From contig NC_042998.1 of NCBI RefSeq assembly GCF_006345805.1, positions 6,448,001-6,512,000 on the forward strand: DNA of 64,000 nt. The letters run 5' to 3'. This DNA is from Octopus sinensis (taxonomy: Eukaryota). This document shows, one piece after another, positions 61,992 through 64,000 of this stretch; the first letter of the stretch is position 1; the number at the start of each line of letters is the position of its first letter. A program made the translations under genes and the position numbers. The notes under the pieces are model-generated. The model was not told where the DNA came from. It saw only the letters and a list, made by a program, of their open reading frames with translations, and did not search any database.

Positions 61992-62189
61992 TATAGGTGT
62001 AAGTTAATACAAGCTTCTGTGGTGCCACCAGCAGAATCACATAATGTGGATGGTAGATAGCAATGAAGTTAAAATGATGGACAACTGATCACATTATCCG
62101 AATTTCAATCAAGCTTTACAACTAAAACAACCATGTGGTGTCTCTGTGCAAGGTAGATAACTCTGCTTGTTTTAATTTGTCTTTTTTTT

Positions 62190-62780
62190 TTCTGCCTTTA
62201 GCCCTCCAACGTAGAGTATAGGCCACTTATAGTTGAATTCCATGTCGCATAATTTTTGGCTTCTGTACTTATACTCAGCCATGAATGTCCCCTTTTCTCT
62301 AGTTCCTTTTGTGTTGATCTACACCACTAGTTCTTAGGCCTACCCTTCTTTCTATATCCATCTGGTTTCCACTATAAAGCACTTTTCGCTACATTTGGTG
62401 TATCTTTTCTAATTGTGCTACCAATCCACTTCCCCTTTTTCTTAAATATTTGCTCCCTAATCGAAACTTGATTTGTTCTTTGCCATAGCTCCATATTGCT
62501 TATGTGTTCGGGCCATCTAATTTTAAGTATACTACGCAAGCATCTGTTGATGAATGATTCTATTTGCTTATTTGACTTAACTGTTGTTCGCCATGTCTCA
62601 GTCCCTTACAATAACACCGCTTTTACGTTAGTGTTAAAAATTCTTAATTTGTTCTTTATTGAAATTACACTTGCGCTCCATCCTTTTTTTAACAGGTGAA
62701 AAACGGTCCTTGCCTTACTTATTCTCAGTTTAATATCTTCGTCGGTGCCGCCTGAAAACGTTATCTTACTACCTAAATAC
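62190..62780 (-). pseudogene. RTE-clade LINE 3' fragment (post-RT region)
   Basis: Minus strand reads YLGSKITFSGGTDEDIKLRISKARTVF...KLRIFNTNVKAVLL*GTETWRTT...FINRCLRSILKIRWPEHISNMELWQRT. Confidence 0.85.
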
Positions 62781-63233
62781 ATGATTTTGTGTGATAGTTG
62801 TAAATGTTTGTCCTTAGCATGTGTGATAGTTGTAAATGTTTGTCCTTAGCATGCAGGCAATGTCTTCTAGCGCTCCATCCTTTTTTTAACAGGTGAAAAA
62901 CGGTCCTTGCCTTACTTATTCTCAGTTTAATATCTTCGTCGGTGCCGCCTGAAAACGTTATCTTACTACCTAAATACATGATTTTGTGTGATAGTTGTAA
63001 TGTTTGTCCTTAGCATGTGTGATAGTTGTAAATGTTTGTCCTTAGCATGCAGGCAATGTCTTCTAGCGCTCCATCCTTTTTTTAACAGGTGAAAAACGGT
63101 CCTTGCCTTACTTATTCTCAGTTTAATATCTTCGTCGGTGCCGCCTGAAAACGTTATCTTACTACCTAAATAAATGATTTTGTGTGATAGTTGTAAATGT
63201 TTGTCCTTAGCATGCAGGCAATGTCTTCTAGCG
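62673..63233. repeat. Near-identical tandem triplication, ~197-bp unit
   Basis: gcgctccatcc starts at 62673, 62870 and 63066; units 1 and 2 contain an internal 32-bp duplication. Confidence 0.95.
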
Positions 63234-63654
63234 GTAGAAATGTTTCTAATTTGTCTACCTGACACAAAACAAGTTCTGCACTTACATTAGTTGATCGGTT
63301 AGTAATAGAAAGACGGATCTAGTTACAAAAACACTAGCTCCAATCGAAAGAAACTACCTTACCATTACATCATCATCATCATCGTCGTTTTAACATCTAC
63401 TTTTCCATGTGAGCATGGGTCAGATGGAATTTGTCAAGGTGTATTTTCTACAGCTGGATGCCCTTCCTGTCACCTATCCTCACCTATTTCCAAGTAAAGT
63501 AATATTTCCCCCCCGTGCCCAGACATGTTTTCCTGGAATACTGGAAACGGAAGACACTGCCTTCATGCTGATGGCATACATTTACAGCTATCACCACAAA
63601 GTCAAAGCAAGGCGGAAGTAACAACACACAAACATTTACGCATGCATACACAGT

Positions 63655-63850
63655 AGGTAAAAAGCACCCACCACATTCTCAGAGTGGTTGGCGTTAGGAA
63701 GGGCATCCAGCTGTAGAAACTCTGCCAGATCAGATAGGAGCCTGGTGCAGATCACTGGCTTGCCAGACCTCAGTCAAACCGTCTAACCCATGCCAGCATG
63801 GAAAGCAGATGTTAAACAAATATGAAGATGATGATGATGATAATGATGAC
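63655..63850 (+). mobile_element. SINE family B, 5'-truncated
   Basis: 3' block and (GAT)n tail. Confidence 0.85.
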
Positions 63851-63869
63851 ACGCAGGCGCACACACAAT

Positions 63870-64000
63870 GACCTTCTTTCAGTTTCCGTCAACCAAATCC
63901 ACTCATAAGGCTTTGGTCAGCCCAGGGCTTTAGCCAAAGATACTTGCCCAAAATGCAACAGAGTGTAATTGAACCGGGAACCACATGGTTAGGAAGTAAA
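63870..64000 (-). mobile_element. SINE family A 5' part (runs off the window)
   Basis: cttctttcagtttccgtc...aaatccactca...cttgccca. Confidence 0.75.

Overview
Repeat-dense, AT-rich eukaryotic non-coding DNA (intron or intergenic). The repeat repertoire looks like a coleoid cephalopod (Octopus-like) genome; that is an inference from remembered SINE families, not a search result. No intact host protein-coding gene is evident, and most of the ORF track is microsatellite or repeat read-through. The window contains: (i) dozens of SINE copies from at least four families (A: tRNA-headed, ~410 bp, internal (TA)/(TG) tract, (AAAGAGT)n tail; B: (GAT)n tail with an internal 63-bp VNTR; C: ~235 bp; D), plus a (TAA)n-flanked family F; (ii) a 5'-truncated CR1-type LINE ORF2 of about 2.7 kb with only two stops and three short 3' copies; (iii) decayed RTE and restriction-like-endonuclease (RLE) LINE fragments; (iv) a complete 1235-bp Tc1-like element with DD36E spacing, mariner remnants, TTAA/CCCTTT piggyBac-like MITEs and non-autonomous Helitrons; (v) four or five unrelated short elements that each carry a type I hammerhead ribozyme motif, most sitting in (TA)n tracts and two with inverted duplications, consistent with Penelope-like/retrozyme derivatives. 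One hammerhead (45521-45581, minus) has a fully canonical core. Other points of note are two long inverted duplications, a pre-miRNA-like hairpin at 55549-55618 and many inverted SINE pairs (potential ADAR substrates).
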